Of a stretch of 47,857 bases of DNA, positions 44,748-47,857 are shown in pieces (position 1 is the stretch's first letter; every line of letters starts with the position of its first letter). Source of the stretch: Asterionella formosa (taxonomy: Eukaryota). Location: the NCBI GenBank assembly GCA_002256025.1, contig NKIB01014081.1, forward strand, positions 1 through 47,857, read 5' to 3'. The position numbers and the translations under genes are program-made. The notes under the pieces were generated by a model. It made no database searches. It was given only the letters and a program-made list of their open reading frames with translations, and was not told the origin of the DNA.

Positions 44748-46431
44748 GGTACTTCTAAGTAATTTTTAGGCTCGAAGTAATTTGTTAAGTATTTTTTCTT
44801 TAGGGGCAATACGGGGCACATCGAATTTTTCGGCATCGAAATTGTCGATTTTAGCTTGACAGTCAGAATGACGGTAACATACATAAAAAGGGCACAACAA
44901 GCGTAAAACACACGGATGATTGTAACATGCAAAATTGAACATGATGTTAGGAGCAACCAAAGTATGAAATGCGATGTAATAAGAAGTGTCAAATGAGAAA
45001 TAGAAAAATTGTTTTGGGTTAGAAATGAAGTAAAAATAGGAGTTTCAATGGAAAGAACGTATGCATGATTGTAGCACTTACACATGCAACAATGACTTTC
45101 CAACACACCATTGAAAGAGCGAAACAAAACAGAAAATAGAAAAAAAGCTAAACCCAATTGTAATCTGCATCGTGATGTAGCGTAGATGATCTGGTTGCTG
45201 CAACCATGAACATCGCTGTAATAGCCTGACCCAACTTGCTTGCAGTACTTCCACCCACAGTCGTTCTTCCTCCCACCAAACAACCCTGATCATTCCATTC
45301 TGAGCAAGCGTGATCGCCAAGCTGCTCCAGCACTATCGACTCCCTCTAGCTGAGTTTTTGTGTAGCTTGTGATACGAACTCGTAGTAGAATGTAGCAAAG
45401 CGCGTCATCACAAGAAAAGCATTGCTTGGCGGCAATATTGACATCATGGTAAATGACTACACACATCAACAACAATACGTCGTCAAAGGGTAGTCAACGA
45501 TAAATACATTGTTTCTTTTTTAGATAGATACAATCGAAACATAACGACAGTGCGGAACGACAATCAGCGATGGAAGCGATCAAAATGGACCATGGAAGCA
45601 ATCAAATCGGAAATTCGACAATTAGTTTCTACGATCTCATTCAGTGTTTCACTGTTGTACTCACCGATCCGCTCTAACAAGCGTAACACACAGCAGAAAA
45701 TGGGATGATAAGAAAGTCGGAAGTTCCTGTTGCAAACCCGAATTGAGCAACGGCAGGCATGATTGAGTGAAAATTTCAATTGTGAGGACGAAATCGGGCA
45801 TATGGTGGTACGTAAAATCAATCAATATGTGAACAATCTAATTTAACATTCTGGTCTCGTAAAAATAATACCGAGTCTACAGAGATAATATAATAACGTG
45901 TTCAAAGTAAGCGTTAAAGTTTAGCTGAAACCATGCATGGTTGTTTTAAGTACCACGTACGTATGCAGACTAGATGACTGCCGGTAGAGTATCCGTTTAG
46001 GCAGCATCATCAGATGCATGACCGGAGAAAAAACTTGCTACCAACATCAGATGTATTGATATCATCGTTCGTCCGATGAAATATGGACAATGCGACTACA
46101 TGAATCCCTCGAGAAGACAAGCAGTACAAGCAACAACCAACCGCATCCATTAGACAACGAATCGCTATTGGCATCATCACTGAACTGATTTCGCTTAAAC
46201 CCGGTCATGATGGACAACGATTGGCATGGTGAAAGGTGAATTGCCGGAGTCCACTTTTCAGGAAAAGAACAAAAACGAGGTGAATTCTAGATATATATTA
46301 TTGAAAATTTCTCGAGAGTATATAAAATGGTTTCCTTAAGTAGACCCCTTGCCGATTTGTGCAATCCCAGGGCTGGAAAACCGTTGGGCGATTGGCGTCT
46401 GTTTTCTTGCCAAAATGCGAATTATATTTTA

Positions 46432-46973
46432 ATGATGGGCAATATCGGACCATTGGCAATTTTTGAGGTGAAGATGGGAAATATTTAAAAAAAAAATTAT
46501 ATGATGGGCAATAGTAGGCTAAAATTGACATTTATGCTAAATTTGTGGGCAGTAGGTAAGCGAATGACGCGACGATAGCTAAAGCGGGAATTGCTGAATG
46601 CAATACACGACCGAGGGTGGAGACTGCCTGCGAGTATTCTTGTGTTCGAGGCTTGGGAGGCGCGAGTAGGTTGACCGAACAAGTGGCGCCCCCGGCGCTG
46701 CAAGAAGGTCGACCTGCGAGGGCCTCCCAAGCTGAGTACACAAGATTACGAGTAGGTAGACTCCTCCCGAGTAGGGTATTACCTAGGCAATTCACAAACA
46801 AGCTATCGGCGCGCTTTTTGCCACTACATTGCCCTTTCTGTTAACATTGAAAAGCTATTTTAGATAGTTTGTATCTTGGATGCAAACTAGCCAATGACCC
46901 ATCATATTAAACATATTTTGTAGATTTCATATGTACAGTATTTGGATTACTCAATCCTGCAATTGCCCATCAT
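46432..46973 (+). mobile_element. Fold-back hairpin element, copy B: 236-nt rod-like hairpin core (46573-46808) within motif-level inverted flanks
   Basis: Stems are cgatagct/agctatcg, gaattgc/gcaattc, ggagactgcctgc/gtaggtagactcc, tcttgtgt/acacaaga, gcttgggaggc/gcctcccaagc, taggttgacc/ggtcgacctg and gtggcgcc/ggcgctgc, with loop ccc (46691-46693). Outer atgatgggcaat (46432, 46501) mirrors cccatcatat (46898) and attgcccatcat (46962). Confidence 0.75.
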
Positions 46974-47857
46974 ATGCTCCGTTTTTCGACTGCCAAACTA
47001 CCTTCAATATTTTCAATACCCCCTAGATTTTATTGCCGAAATCGACTGCTGTTTATTAAGAGGAATTTGATTACTGATATCTATAGCCCCTCAATTGACT
47101 GCCGTTTACTTAAAGAGAATCGACTGCCGAAATTGGACAAGAGTACGAGGAGCTACATGAACGCACGAAATGATGGTTTTCTTTCAAGTGTCGACGGCAA
47201 TTCTACTATTTACATCCCTGCTATCTTCCAGTATGCTCCGATGTAAACAAAAGCTGGTCATTGATGCCTCAAGTACTGACTCCTCATCAAATGGAATTTG
47301 CTGGTTGTTGGATAATTCGATTTCTTATGGGATTCATATCGTTGCATCGTGCTTGCTTCAACACAGTTGCGCCAAAATTTCGGTTCCCTCTCTGTTGATT
47401 TCCGATAGCCTTTCCGGTCAACTCCATCGCTAGATTTGAAATGTAGTGATAAATAAATAAATGATTGTTCAAAAGCGACATCAATCAGTCGTTGAGTATC
47501 AAACTCAAAACGTTATGGTAGGTCAAAGTTAGGCTTCCATCTCGTCATTGAACCGGTATTTTCGTTAGATATGATCAGCCAGTAAGGTTCCTGCATTTGA
47601 ACCCATAGGCAAAAATTAAAATATTGCTTAGGGTTGCCGAAATTCCCTGGAACTAAGAATTTTTATGAGTTAATTTTGAATGACGTGATTCCATTTGAAA
47701 TATTTGAATCACTGGAAATTTGCGCGTACATACATAGTTAGATTCCTTTTCGAATTCAATATATATTTACATGAACATTCTCCATCGCTCAATGTTTATA
47801 TACCCTATCATACAATCAACATATATGTGTCAGACGAGCTGGCAGCATGGCAAATAT

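Noticed and set aside
44687..45821. Minus-strand ORFs of 61-198 aa
   Set aside because: Overlapping frames, low-complexity hydrophobic translation of A-rich DNA and no motif; possibly decayed TE or gene sequence but not supportable.

Overview
Eukaryotic nuclear DNA, almost certainly from a diatom, judging by two DUF6824 genes, diatom-type Mutator and piggyBac relics, mostly intronless genes and short GT-AG introns. There are ten credible protein genes: a small two-exon gene missed by the ORF track, a single-exon 4240-aa TPR giant, an ATG14/UVRAG-like protein, an EamA/SLC35F-like transporter, a TruA-family pseudouridine synthase, two DUF6824 paralogs, a two-exon ankyrin protein, a PPR protein and an alpha-1,6-fucosyltransferase-like enzyme. 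A decayed transposon-rich block at about 24.7-38 kb holds two Mutator-like relics and a piggyBac relic; a third, internally deleted MULE lies at the left edge. Upstream regions of most genes carry GGTACC/ACCGGT palindromic tracts. The most unusual signal is a non-coding fold-back family. It has a ~236-nt rod-like hairpin (46573-46808) and a second copy (37375-37750) whose core is inverted relative to the shared flank (flip/flop-like), with compensatory changes in both arms. That second copy lies next to a tRNA-Ala-like sequence and one arm of a ~190-bp inverted-repeat pair bracketing a DUF6824 gene. All alignments were done by eye, so coordinates of degenerate elements are approximate.
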